NCBI GenBank assembly: GCA_022071955.1
Contig: JAJVIM010000042.1
Coordinates: forward strand, 1-64,000
Direction of reading: 5' to 3'
Length of the DNA: 64,000 nucleotides
DNA from: Anaerolineae bacterium
GTDB taxonomy: Bacteria > Chloroflexota > Anaerolineae > 4572-78 > J111
In this document: positions 27,579 through 36,328 of the stretch, piece after piece
How the letters are laid out: each line of letters opens with the position of its first letter
Position numbering within the stretch: the stretch's first letter is position 1
Made by a program: the position numbers and the translations under genes
The notes under the pieces: generated by a model
What the model was told of the DNA's origin: nothing
The model's input: the letters and a program-made list of their open reading frames with translations, nothing else
Database searches by the model: none

Positions 27579-30500
27579 ATGAGTTTTACTGACGAGTGGC
27601 AGTCGCAGACAGCCGGCTCCATTGTTGAGGCGGCCCGATTGGTACCGCGGCTGCCCAATGTTGATCTCAAATTTGAGCTAATGGTGGTTGGGGTGCTCTG
27701 GCCGGCCCGGCAGCGGATTCAGGATTTTGAGGTGGATGCGCTGGGGGCGGTGCAGCAAGTTGTCGGTGGGCGCGCCGTAGCCGTGCTGTGCCAGGTGCAG
27801 CAGTGGAACGACGATATGCTGGCCGCCGCCCGCAGCCTGGCCGCGCTCGCGCCACGCAGCAGCGAACTTGACTCCGAATTGAAAAAGTTGATCGCCTATT
27901 TTAACGCGTTTCCGGTGTTTGCCCGGCAACTGGCCCAAAACGCCGCCGCGCCGCAGCCGGAGGTTGTTGCCCCGGTAACCGCGCCGGCCCCGCCGCGCGT
28001 GCTGCTGGCTTATGTTCAGCGCGATGGGGTTGAGCTGGCCGCGGAAATCCGCCAAACGCTGGAAGCCGAAGGGATTTCGGTGTGGCCGGATTTGGGCCAG
28101 CCGGCCGGCCAGCGCAACTGGTGGGCGCAAATGACCGCGGCCATTGCCCAGGCCGAATATTTGCTGGTGGTGATGACGCCGGCGGCGGCGCAATCCAAAT
28201 TGATTCGCCGCCAGTGGCGGGCGGCCAGCCAGCACGGCACCTGCATTTTCCCGGTTACCCGCGCCGACGACATCGATTACTCGCTGCTGCCGCGCTGGAT
28301 CAGGCAGGTTCACTTTTTCAATTTAAAGCTGGAATGGTCCAAGCTGATTGCCGCCCTCAAACAAAAGTGTGAAACCCCGCGCGTGCCGTTTATGGCCGAT
28401 GACCTGCCGGACGATTTTGTTGACCGGCCCCAGCTCGGCAAGCGGCTGCTTGGTTACCTGTTTGACCCCGTCCGCGAGGAGTCGATCCCCGGCACGGTGG
28501 GGTTATCTGGCCCCGGCGGTTACGGCAAAACCACGCTGGCCCAGATGGTTTGCCATAACGACGACATTCGGCAGGTGTTTGACAACGGCATTTTGTGGGT
28601 GACGCTGGGCGAAACCCCCGGCGATTTGAGCCGCCACGTGGTTGATTTGATCGAAGTGCTTAGCGGCGAGCGCCCCGGTTTTTCCGGGCTTGACGCGGCC
28701 GTGGTGCGGCTCAGCGAACTGCTGGCCGATCGCGAACTGCTGCTGGTCATCGACGATGTGTGGGACGCGGCCCATCTCAAACCTTTTTTGCAGGGCGGCA
28801 GCCACTGCGCCCGGCTCATCACTACCAGAAACATCAGCGCCCTGCCGGTTGATACCAAAATTGCCGAAATTGGCCCCATGCAGCCCGCCGAAGCGGTGTC
28901 GCTGCTGCGCTACCAGCTTCCCGCCGGCGGCGAAAACGAATTGCAGGCGCTGGCCCAGCGCATGGGTGGCTGGCCGCTGCTGCTCAAACTGACCAACGGT
29001 ACTCTGCGCGAGCGGGTGCAAAAATACAAACAGCCGCTGCTCGAAGCGGTTGCCTTTGTCAATCAGGCGCTCGATCAGCGCGGCCTGACCGCGTTTGATG
29101 ACCAGAGCGACGACGACCGCGATTCGGCGGTTACCCAGACCATCACCCTCAGTTTAGACCAGCTCACCCCGGTTGAACGGGAGCGCTTCAACGAGCTGGC
29201 CATCTTTCCGGACGACATCGACATTCCGCAGGCCACGCTGGAAACGCTGTGGGGCGCAACCGCCGGCCTGGATGATTTTGACACCGAAGAGCTGGCCGAT
29301 CACCTGCACGCGCTGTCTCTGCTCTCAAAGTTTGATTTAACCAGCCGCCAGATTCGGCTGCACAAAGTAATGCACAGTTATCTGCGCTACCAGCAGCGCG
29401 AGCAGCTTGTTCAAATTCACCAGCAGTTTTTGCAGGCGCAATTGGCGGCGGTGGGCCGCTGGAGTAACCTGCCCGCCAGCGATGGCTACATGTGGTCGCA
29501 CCTGGCTTACCACCTGCTCAACGCCAACCGCGCCGCCGAACTGCTGCAAACCGTGCAGGAGTTGCCTTACCTGGCCGCCAAAATTCAAATCAAAGGCTCG
29601 CACTACGCCGAGAGCGATTTAAAAACGGCGCAGGCGCTCAGTCCCACCGATGCGGCGCTGGGCGCATTGCGGCGGGCGGTATCGCAGGCCAGCTATCTGC
29701 TGGTGAAAGTTCAAAACCCGGCCGACATCATCAACACCCTGCACAGCCGCATGGTCAACATCCCGGAGCTGGCCGGCATTGTTGACTCGGCCAACTTGCC
29801 CCGGCCGCTCATCACCGCCCGCCACATGCTGCCGGATTTGCCCGATCCCCGGCTCATCCGCACTTTGTGGGGCCACACCACCGGCGTGCTGGATTGCGCT
29901 ATCAGCGCCGATGGCTCCACCACCGTTTCCGTGGACAAAGACAACACCGTGATTGTGTGGGATACCAACACCGGCGCGGCCCGCTTCCGGGTAATGCCCA
30001 GCGACAGCAAAGTGTGGAGTTGCGCGGCCAACGCCGATGGCTCGGTGGTGGTGTACGGTGCGGCCGATGGCCGGGTAACCCTGCTCGATACGGCCGCCGA
30101 GGCCGTGAAAAAACTGTGGAACGCCCACGAGGCCGGGGTCATCAGTTGCTGCATCAGCGCCGATGGCAAGCTGGTGGTCACGGCCTCTAAAGACAAAACC
30201 CTGAAAATTTGGGATGCGGCCACCGGCTCGCAGCGAGCCGTACTGGTGGGCCACGAGCGCACCGCCACCCGCTGCGGCATCAGCGCCGATGGCCGGGTGG
30301 TGGTTTCGGCCTCTAACGACGGCACGGTCAAAGTGTGGGATGCCGCCACCGGTGCGGAACGCCGCACCTTTGTGGTCGGCGCAGTTGATTCCGGGGTCGA
30401 TCAGCTTACCTTTTACAGCCAGCGCGACATCAGCTTTGGCTGCGCCATCAGCGCCGACGGCCGGATGGTAGCCGGGGCATCGTCGGCCGGCATGTTAAAT

Positions 30501-31649
30501 GTGTGGGATGCCGCCACCGGCGAGCTGAAATTTGGCACAATGGTCGATAAACGGGGCGTGTACGGCCTGGCGCTCAGCAGCGACGGCAGCCGGGTGGTTA
30601 CCGCCTCCAGCACCGGCGCGCTCAGCGTGAGAGACACCGCCGGCACGTTGCTGATGCGGCTTGAGGACCACACCCGCATTGTGAATGCCTGCGACATCAG
30701 CGCCGACGGGCTGCGCATCGTTTCGGCCTCTGATGATAAAACGGTAAAAGTGTGGGATGGCGGCAGCAGCGCCGCCGCCAGTTTGGCCGAGGTGCCGTAC
30801 AAACTCGCGGCCCAAACCTGCGCCGTCAGCGCCGATGGCCGGCTGGCGGTCACGGCGCTGGCCGATAATTCAGTAAAAGTGTGGGATGTGGCCAGCGGTG
30901 CGGATTTGGTCACCCTGCGGGGGCACACCCGCCGGGTCAATAGCTGCGCCATCGGCGCCGACGGCAAGCTGGTGGTTACGGCCTCGCAGGACCAAACGGC
31001 CATCGTTTGGGATGTTGCAACCGGCCAGCCGCAGCACACGCTGGCCGGCCACAGTTGGTCGGTGAATGGCTGCGCCATCGGCGCTAACGGGCTGTTGCTG
31101 ATGACCGCCTCAGACGACAGCACCCTCAAAGTGTGGGAAACCCGCACTGGCGAAGAACGGTTTACCCTCACCGGCCACAGCCGGGCCGTAAAAAGCTGCG
31201 CCATTAACAGCAACGGGGCGATGGCCGTTTCCGCTTCCGGCGATGGCACGCTGCGCCTGTGGAATCCGCATACCGGCGAGCAGCGGGCCGTACTCACCGG
31301 CCACACCGCGCTGGTCAACACCTGCGCCATCAGCGCCGACGGCAGCACCGTGGTCTCGGCGTCGCTGGACAAAACGCTCAAAGTGTGGAATACCCGCCCC
31401 GCCGCGGAACGGCTCACGTTGGCCGGCCACGATGCCAGCGTTACCGGCTGCGCCATCAGCGCCGACGGCCGGGTGGTGGTTTCTGTTTCTCGGGACAAAA
31501 CGCTCAAAGTGTGGGATGGCCGCTCCGGGGCGTGTTTGGGCACGCTGTTTGTCGATGAACCGCTGCACGACTGCGCCTGCTCGGCCGACGCCGGCACCAT
31601 TGTGGCGGTGAGCAGCGGCGGCGTTTATTTTTTGAAACTGGTGCAATAA
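27579..31649 (+). CDS. STAND NTPase, copy 1: N-terminal helical domain, divergent TIR, NB-ARC (Apaf-1-type AAA+), about 12-13 WD40 repeats (1356 aa)
   Basis: Walker A GLSGPGGYGKTTLAQ, Walker B LLLVIDDVWD, TTRN, GGWPLLLKL (GxP) motifs; TIR-like block RVLLAYVQRDG...; C-terminal half is repeated ...SADG..V(K/L)VWD... units. Confidence 0.85.
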   Translation: MSFTDEWQSQTAGSIVEAARLVPRLPNVDLKFELMVVGVLWPARQRIQDFEVDALGAVQQVVGGRAVAVLCQVQQWNDDMLAAARSLAALAPRSSELDSELKKLIAYFNAFPVFARQLAQNAAAPQPEVVAPVTAPAPPRVLLAYVQRDGVELAAEIRQTLEAEGISVWPDLGQPAGQRNWWAQMTAAIAQAEYLLVVMTPAAAQSKLIRRQWRAASQHGTCIFPVTRADDIDYSLLPRWIRQVHFFNLKLEWSKLIAALKQKCETPRVPFMADDLPDDFVDRPQLGKRLLGYLFDPVREESIPGTVGLSGPGGYGKTTLAQMVCHNDDIRQVFDNGILWVTLGETPGDLSRHVVDLIEVLSGERPGFSGLDAAVVRLSELLADRELLLVIDDVWDAAHLKPFLQGGSHCARLITTRNISALPVDTKIAEIGPMQPAEAVSLLRYQLPAGGENELQALAQRMGGWPLLLKLTNGTLRERVQKYKQPLLEAVAFVNQALDQRGLTAFDDQSDDDRDSAVTQTITLSLDQLTPVERERFNELAIFPDDIDIPQATLETLWGATAGLDDFDTEELADHLHALSLLSKFDLTSRQIRLHKVMHSYLRYQQREQLVQIHQQFLQAQLAAVGRWSNLPASDGYMWSHLAYHLLNANRAAELLQTVQELPYLAAKIQIKGSHYAESDLKTAQALSPTDAALGALRRAVSQASYLLVKVQNPADIINTLHSRMVNIPELAGIVDSANLPRPLITARHMLPDLPDPRLIRTLWGHTTGVLDCAISADGSTTVSVDKDNTVIVWDTNTGAARFRVMPSDSKVWSCAANADGSVVVYGAADGRVTLLDTAAEAVKKLWNAHEAGVISCCISADGKLVVTASKDKTLKIWDAATGSQRAVLVGHERTATRCGISADGRVVVSASNDGTVKVWDAATGAERRTFVVGAVDSGVDQLTFYSQRDISFGCAISADGRMVAGASSAGMLNVWDAATGELKFGTMVDKRGVYGLALSSDGSRVVTASSTGALSVRDTAGTLLMRLEDHTRIVNACDISADGLRIVSASDDKTVKVWDGGSSAAASLAEVPYKLAAQTCAVSADGRLAVTALADNSVKVWDVASGADLVTLRGHTRRVNSCAIGADGKLVVTASQDQTAIVWDVATGQPQHTLAGHSWSVNGCAIGANGLLLMTASDDSTLKVWETRTGEERFTLTGHSRAVKSCAINSNGAMAVSASGDGTLRLWNPHTGEQRAVLTGHTALVNTCAISADGSTVVSASLDKTLKVWNTRPAAERLTLAGHDASVTGCAISADGRVVVSVSRDKTLKVWDGRSGACLGTLFVDEPLHDCACSADAGTIVAVSSGGVYFLKLVQ

Positions 31650-34600
31650 ATGGCTTTTGAACAACAGTGGCGCGAGCAAGCGCATCATTGGATTGCCGAG
31701 TGCGTGCAGTTGGCCCAGGCCAACCCCGATGGCGAACTGGAATCGGTGCTGGCCGCGGTGGCGGTGCTGTGGCCGCTGCGCGAGCCGGTGCAGCAGTTTG
31801 ATCTGGAGGTCATCGCCGCAGTGCACCAGCAAGCTGGCGGCGGCTCAAAGTTTGTGCTGCGGCAGGTGCAGGCCTGGGATGATGGCGATCTGCTCAAAAC
31901 CGCCCGCCGCCTCCGCCGCGATCTGGCCCAAAACCCCGATCTGCTGGGCGCGGTCAACCGCCTGCTGGAGCAGTTTGGCGCCAAAGCCGAGTTTGATCGG
32001 CTGGCCGCGGCCGGCCAACCGACCCCCGCGAGCGCCGTGGCCGCGGCCCAATCGCGCGTGTTTATTTCGTATGCCCGCAGCGACGGCGAAACCGAAGCCC
32101 ACCATCTGCGCCAGCGGCTGGAGGCGGAAGGGATTGCAGTGTGGCAGGATCGGGTCAAAATGGTCGGTGGCCGCGATTGGTGGCTGCAAATTACCGAGGC
32201 GCTCGATCAGGTGGAGTTTTTGCTGCTGGTAGCTACCCGCGGCGCGCTGCAATCAGAAGTTGTCCACAAAGAGTGGCGCTACGCCCGCCAGCAAGGGGTG
32301 TGCGTGCTGCCCATCCAGGTGCAGGCCGATCTGCCGGAAGAGCTTATCCCCCGCTGGATGCGCCGCGCCCATTTTTACAACATCGAGCAGGAGTGGTCGC
32401 GGCTGATTGAAAATTTGAACACGCCCTGCCAAACCCCGCGCGTGCCGCACATGGTCGAAGAACTGCCGGATGGCTTTGTGTCCCGGCCGCAGCTTCTTGA
32501 CCAGGTGGCGGCGCAGTTGGTCAGCGCCAGCGGCGAGCCGGTGGCGGCAACGGTGGCTCTGCACGGGCTGGGTGGCTACGGTAAAACGTTGCTGGCCCGG
32601 TCGGTGTGCCACAGCGACGCGATTCGGCAGGGCTTTGACGACGGGATTTTGTGGATGACGCTGGGTGAAACCCCCGGCGACCTGACCGAGCGGGTGGTTG
32701 ATCTGATTGAGGTACTCACCGGCGAGCGGCCGGCCTTTGCCGGGCTTGACGCCGCCGAAACGCGGCTGGCCCAATTGTTGGGCGAGCGCAATTTTTTGCT
32801 GGTCATCGATGATGTGTGGCAGGCCAGCCATCTGGCCCCATTTTTGCAGGGCGGCCCGTGCTGCGGCCGCATCATTACCACCCGCAATCTGTCAACGCTG
32901 CCGCCGCAGGCCCAGCCCATCGAAGTTGGGCCAATGACCCAGCCCGAAGCAACGGCTTTGCTCGGCCGGGGGCTGCCGGCCGGGCCGGAAAAACCGCTGC
33001 ACGATCTGGCCGAACGGCTGGCGTACTGGCCGCTGCTGCTTGGCCTGGTGAACGGTACACTGCGCGACCGGGTGAATAATGACAACCAGCCGCTGGCCGA
33101 TGCGCTGGTTTACGTGAATAAAGCGCTCGACAAGCGCGGCCTGACTGCGTTTGATGCGGTCAATACCGGCGCTCGCGATCAGGCCGTAAGCCACACCCTC
33201 GGTATGAGCCGTGATTTGCTGCTACCGGATGAACTGGCCCGTTTTAACGAGCTGGCCATCTTTCCGCCGTATGCCGCCATTCCGCTGGACACGCTGGCCG
33301 TTTTTTGGGGCGCAACCGGTGGTCTTGATGCCGCCGCCATCGAAGCCCTGTGCCAGCGCCTGTTTCAGTTGTCGCTGTTGGCCCGGTTTGATATTCCCAG
33401 CCAAACCATCAAAGTGCATTCAATTTTGCGCAATTATCTCACCACCGAGCACGCCGCCCAGTTGCCGGCGCTGCACCAGAAATTTTTGGATGCCTTTGCT
33501 CAAAACCTGCCCGCCTGGGCCGCGTTGCCCCATGCCAACGGCTATTTGTGGAATCATCTGGCCTACCATCTGGTTAACGCTGGCCGCAGTGACGAGTTAG
33601 TCAGCACTGTGAAAGATTTGAGCTATCTGGCGCACAAAACATTTTTGCGCTCGGCCAACGCCGCCGAGGCCGATTTGCTGGCCGCCCGCCGGGTTGCGCC
33701 GGCAGACGCGGTTTTGGCCAAGTTGCATCTCGCCTTTTCACAGGCCAGCCACCTGCTGGCCGAGTGCAAGTCACTGGCAGAAGTGGCCGGCACGCTGCAC
33801 AGCCGGCTGGCTTTTGCGCCGCAACTAGCGCCGCTGGCCACCGCCGCCGAGGTTGGCTTGCCGCGGCCGCTGCTCACCGCCGGCCAACCCCTGCCCGATC
33901 TGCCGGCAGCCAGTTTGCTGCGGGCGTTTGCCGGCCATAATACCGCGGCGCTGGGCTGCGACATTGATGATGCCGGGGCCAGCGTGGTGTCTATTGACCG
34001 CGCGGCGCAGGTTAAAGTTTGGGACGCCCGGACCGGCGCGGAGCGGCTGACTCTGGCCGGCCACCAAACGCTGGGTAACTGCTGCGCCATCAGCGGCAAC
34101 GGTGCGGTGGTGGTGTCCGCTGCCTGGGATGGCGCACTCAACGTGTGGGACGCTGCTACCGGCGAACTGCGCCACGCGCTATCGGCCCACGAGGCGCCCA
34201 TTTACGCCTGCGCCATCAGCGCCGATGGCTCCGTTATTTTGTCGGCTTCCAAAGATAAAACGGTAAAAATTTGGGATGGCGTAACCGGCGCGCTGCGGTT
34301 TACGTTGAGCGGCCACGAGCGAACGGTGACCGGCTGCTCGCTCAACGCCGATGGCGCGCTGGCGGCCAGTTGCGCGCTGGACGGCACGGTAAAACTGTGG
34401 CATACGGCCAGCGGCCAGTTGCAGGCTACCCTCACCGCTTATGAACTGCGCGATTACAGCCCGGTGGCCGATTTAACCTTTACCTCCACCGCCTCATCGC
34501 TGTTGAGCTGCGCCCTCAGCGCCGATGGCCGCACGCTGGTGTCAACGCTGCCCAACGGCGCGCTCAAAGTGTGGGATGTGCCCACCGGCGCGGAACGCTG

Positions 34601-35705
34601 CCTGCTGCGCGGCCACACCGGCTGGGTTGAAAATTGCGCCGTCAGCGCCGATGGCCGGCTGCTGGTGTCCGCGGGGAATGATAAAACTCTCAAAGGCTGG
34701 GATGGCGTAACCGGCGACCTGCTGTTTACGCTCAAAGGCCATTTACGCGCGGTTGCCGCCTGCGCCATTAATGCTGATGGCACTATCATCGCCTCGGCCT
34801 CGCATGACCGGTCGGTGCGGTTGTGGGATGCCCGGGCCAGCCAGGAGCCTGTTGCCACCGAAGTATACAGTTCGCCAACGCAGGCGTGCGCCAGCAGCGC
34901 CAGTTTGCTGGCTTTTGGCGTGGCCGAAGAGTCCGTGCAACTTTTGGAAATCGCCACGCAGCAGCCGGGGCCGTTGCTCAGCGGCCATCAGCGGCCAATA
35001 TTGGGTTGCGCGGTGGGCCGGCGACTGGCGGTAACGGCTTCGCAGGATCATTCGCTCAAAATTTGGGATGCCGCCACCGGCCGCCAACTGCATTCGCTCG
35101 GCGGCCACGCCTGGGCGGTGAATGATTGTGCATTGACCCCCGATGAAACGCGGGTGGTTTCCGCCTCCGATGACAGCACCCTCAAAATTTGGGATACCGC
35201 TACCGGCGCCGAGTTGCGCACGCTGGCCGGCCATATCCGCGGGGTAAACGGCTGCGCGGTTAGCCCCGATGGCGCGTTTGTGGTTTCGGCCGCGGCGGAT
35301 GAAACGCTCAAAATTTGGGACTTGTCCACCGGCGCGGAGCGGTTGACTCTGGCCGGCCACACCGGTCCGGTGAATCAGTGCGCCGTCAGCCCCGATGGCG
35401 GGTTGATCGCTTCCGCCTCGCGGGACGGCACGCTCAAAATCTGGCGCAGTCAGAATGGGGCGGAGGTCATCACTTTAACCGGCCACACCGGTTTTGTGAC
35501 CGGCTGTGCGTTCCACCCCGGCGGCGAATTTCTGCTGTCGGTTTCCAGAGATGAAACCATCAAACTGTGGCGGATTGGCACCGGGCAGGGCGTGGCTTCG
35601 CTGCGGGTTAGCGGCGGCCTGCACAACTGCGCCTGGGCTTCCGACGGTCGGCTCGCGCTGGTGGCCGGGGCCAGAGGCGTTTACTTTTTGCGGGTTATTT
35701 GGTGA
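31650..35705 (+). CDS. STAND NTPase, copy 2: N-terminal helical domain, canonical TIR, NB-ARC, WD40 (1351 aa)
   Basis: TIR signature RVFISYARSDGETEAHHLRQRLEAEGIAVWQD; Walker A GLGGYGKTLLAR; LLVIDDVWQ; WD40 repeats; start codon abuts the copy 1 stop (TAAATG). Confidence 0.85.
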   Translation: MAFEQQWREQAHHWIAECVQLAQANPDGELESVLAAVAVLWPLREPVQQFDLEVIAAVHQQAGGGSKFVLRQVQAWDDGDLLKTARRLRRDLAQNPDLLGAVNRLLEQFGAKAEFDRLAAAGQPTPASAVAAAQSRVFISYARSDGETEAHHLRQRLEAEGIAVWQDRVKMVGGRDWWLQITEALDQVEFLLLVATRGALQSEVVHKEWRYARQQGVCVLPIQVQADLPEELIPRWMRRAHFYNIEQEWSRLIENLNTPCQTPRVPHMVEELPDGFVSRPQLLDQVAAQLVSASGEPVAATVALHGLGGYGKTLLARSVCHSDAIRQGFDDGILWMTLGETPGDLTERVVDLIEVLTGERPAFAGLDAAETRLAQLLGERNFLLVIDDVWQASHLAPFLQGGPCCGRIITTRNLSTLPPQAQPIEVGPMTQPEATALLGRGLPAGPEKPLHDLAERLAYWPLLLGLVNGTLRDRVNNDNQPLADALVYVNKALDKRGLTAFDAVNTGARDQAVSHTLGMSRDLLLPDELARFNELAIFPPYAAIPLDTLAVFWGATGGLDAAAIEALCQRLFQLSLLARFDIPSQTIKVHSILRNYLTTEHAAQLPALHQKFLDAFAQNLPAWAALPHANGYLWNHLAYHLVNAGRSDELVSTVKDLSYLAHKTFLRSANAAEADLLAARRVAPADAVLAKLHLAFSQASHLLAECKSLAEVAGTLHSRLAFAPQLAPLATAAEVGLPRPLLTAGQPLPDLPAASLLRAFAGHNTAALGCDIDDAGASVVSIDRAAQVKVWDARTGAERLTLAGHQTLGNCCAISGNGAVVVSAAWDGALNVWDAATGELRHALSAHEAPIYACAISADGSVILSASKDKTVKIWDGVTGALRFTLSGHERTVTGCSLNADGALAASCALDGTVKLWHTASGQLQATLTAYELRDYSPVADLTFTSTASSLLSCALSADGRTLVSTLPNGALKVWDVPTGAERCLLRGHTGWVENCAVSADGRLLVSAGNDKTLKGWDGVTGDLLFTLKGHLRAVAACAINADGTIIASASHDRSVRLWDARASQEPVATEVYSSPTQACASSASLLAFGVAEESVQLLEIATQQPGPLLSGHQRPILGCAVGRRLAVTASQDHSLKIWDAATGRQLHSLGGHAWAVNDCALTPDETRVVSASDDSTLKIWDTATGAELRTLAGHIRGVNGCAVSPDGAFVVSAAADETLKIWDLSTGAERLTLAGHTGPVNQCAVSPDGGLIASASRDGTLKIWRSQNGAEVITLTGHTGFVTGCAFHPGGEFLLSVSRDETIKLWRIGTGQGVASLRVSGGLHNCAWASDGRLALVAGARGVYFLRVIW

Positions 35706-35720
35706 GAAAGGAGCGCAGCC

Positions 35721-36167
35721 ATGAAAATTGCCGTCGCCAGCGATGAAAAAACTTATCTGACCGATTTTGTGGTCAAGGATTTGAATCAGCGCGGCCACGA
35801 ACCGCTGCTTTTTGGCCCGCTGGCCGGTGTTGACCTGCCCTGGACGCTGGCCTCGGAGCAACTGGCCGATGCTGTGGCCAGCGGCGAAGCCGACGAAGGC
35901 GTATTGTTTTGTTACACCGGCACCGGTGCCTCGATGGCCGCCAACAAGGTGCCGGGCATCCGCGCTGCCCTCTGCGGCGATGCCCAAACCGCCCGTGGGG
36001 CGCGCTGGTGGAATGACGCCAATGTGCTGGTGTTAAGTTTAAGAGCAACCTCGCCGGAGGTGGCAAAAGAAATTCTTGATGCCTGGTTTTCGGAAACCGT
36101 TCGGCCAGATGAAGTCGCCACGATTGCCCAGTTGAAAGCGATTGAAGCTCGCCACGCCCCAAAATAG
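35721..36167 (+). CDS. RpiB/LacA/LacB-family sugar-phosphate isomerase
   Basis: CYTGTGASMAANKVPGIRAALC...WWNDANVLVLSLR; 15 bp after STAND copy 2 with its own RBS GGAGC. Confidence 0.75.
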   Translation: MKIAVASDEKTYLTDFVVKDLNQRGHEPLLFGPLAGVDLPWTLASEQLADAVASGEADEGVLFCYTGTGASMAANKVPGIRAALCGDAQTARGARWWNDANVLVLSLRATSPEVAKEILDAWFSETVRPDEVATIAQLKAIEARHAPK

Positions 36168-36170
36168 CCG

Positions 36171-36208
36171 GTTGGGGGTGGTTTAACCCCAACTCTGTTT
36201 TCGTATTT
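36171..36208 (+). terminator. Rho-independent terminator after the RpiB-family gene
   Basis: GTTGGGG-gtggtttaa-CCCCAAC followed by TCTGTTTTCGTATTT. Confidence 0.55.
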
Positions 36209-36233
36209 GGCCCCCGATTCGTAAGTTTGGTTC

Positions 36234-36262
36234 TTGACAAGCGTGTTTAACTATGGTATTCT
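36234..36262 (+). promoter_or_regulatory. Promoter of the LacI-family regulator (TTGACA-17-TATTCT)
   Basis: Consensus -35 and near-consensus -10 read directly. Confidence 0.45.
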
Positions 36263-36273
36263 GGGCGAAATTT

Positions 36274-36289
36274 CCGGTAACGTTACCGG
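36274..36289. promoter_or_regulatory. LacI-family operator palindrome CCGGTAACGTTACCGG (autoregulatory site)
   Basis: Perfect 16-bp palindrome with central CG, immediately downstream of the -10. Confidence 0.55.
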
Positions 36290-36328
36290 TATTGATACCG
36301 AAATCGCGAAAAATTGAGAATTTGACCA

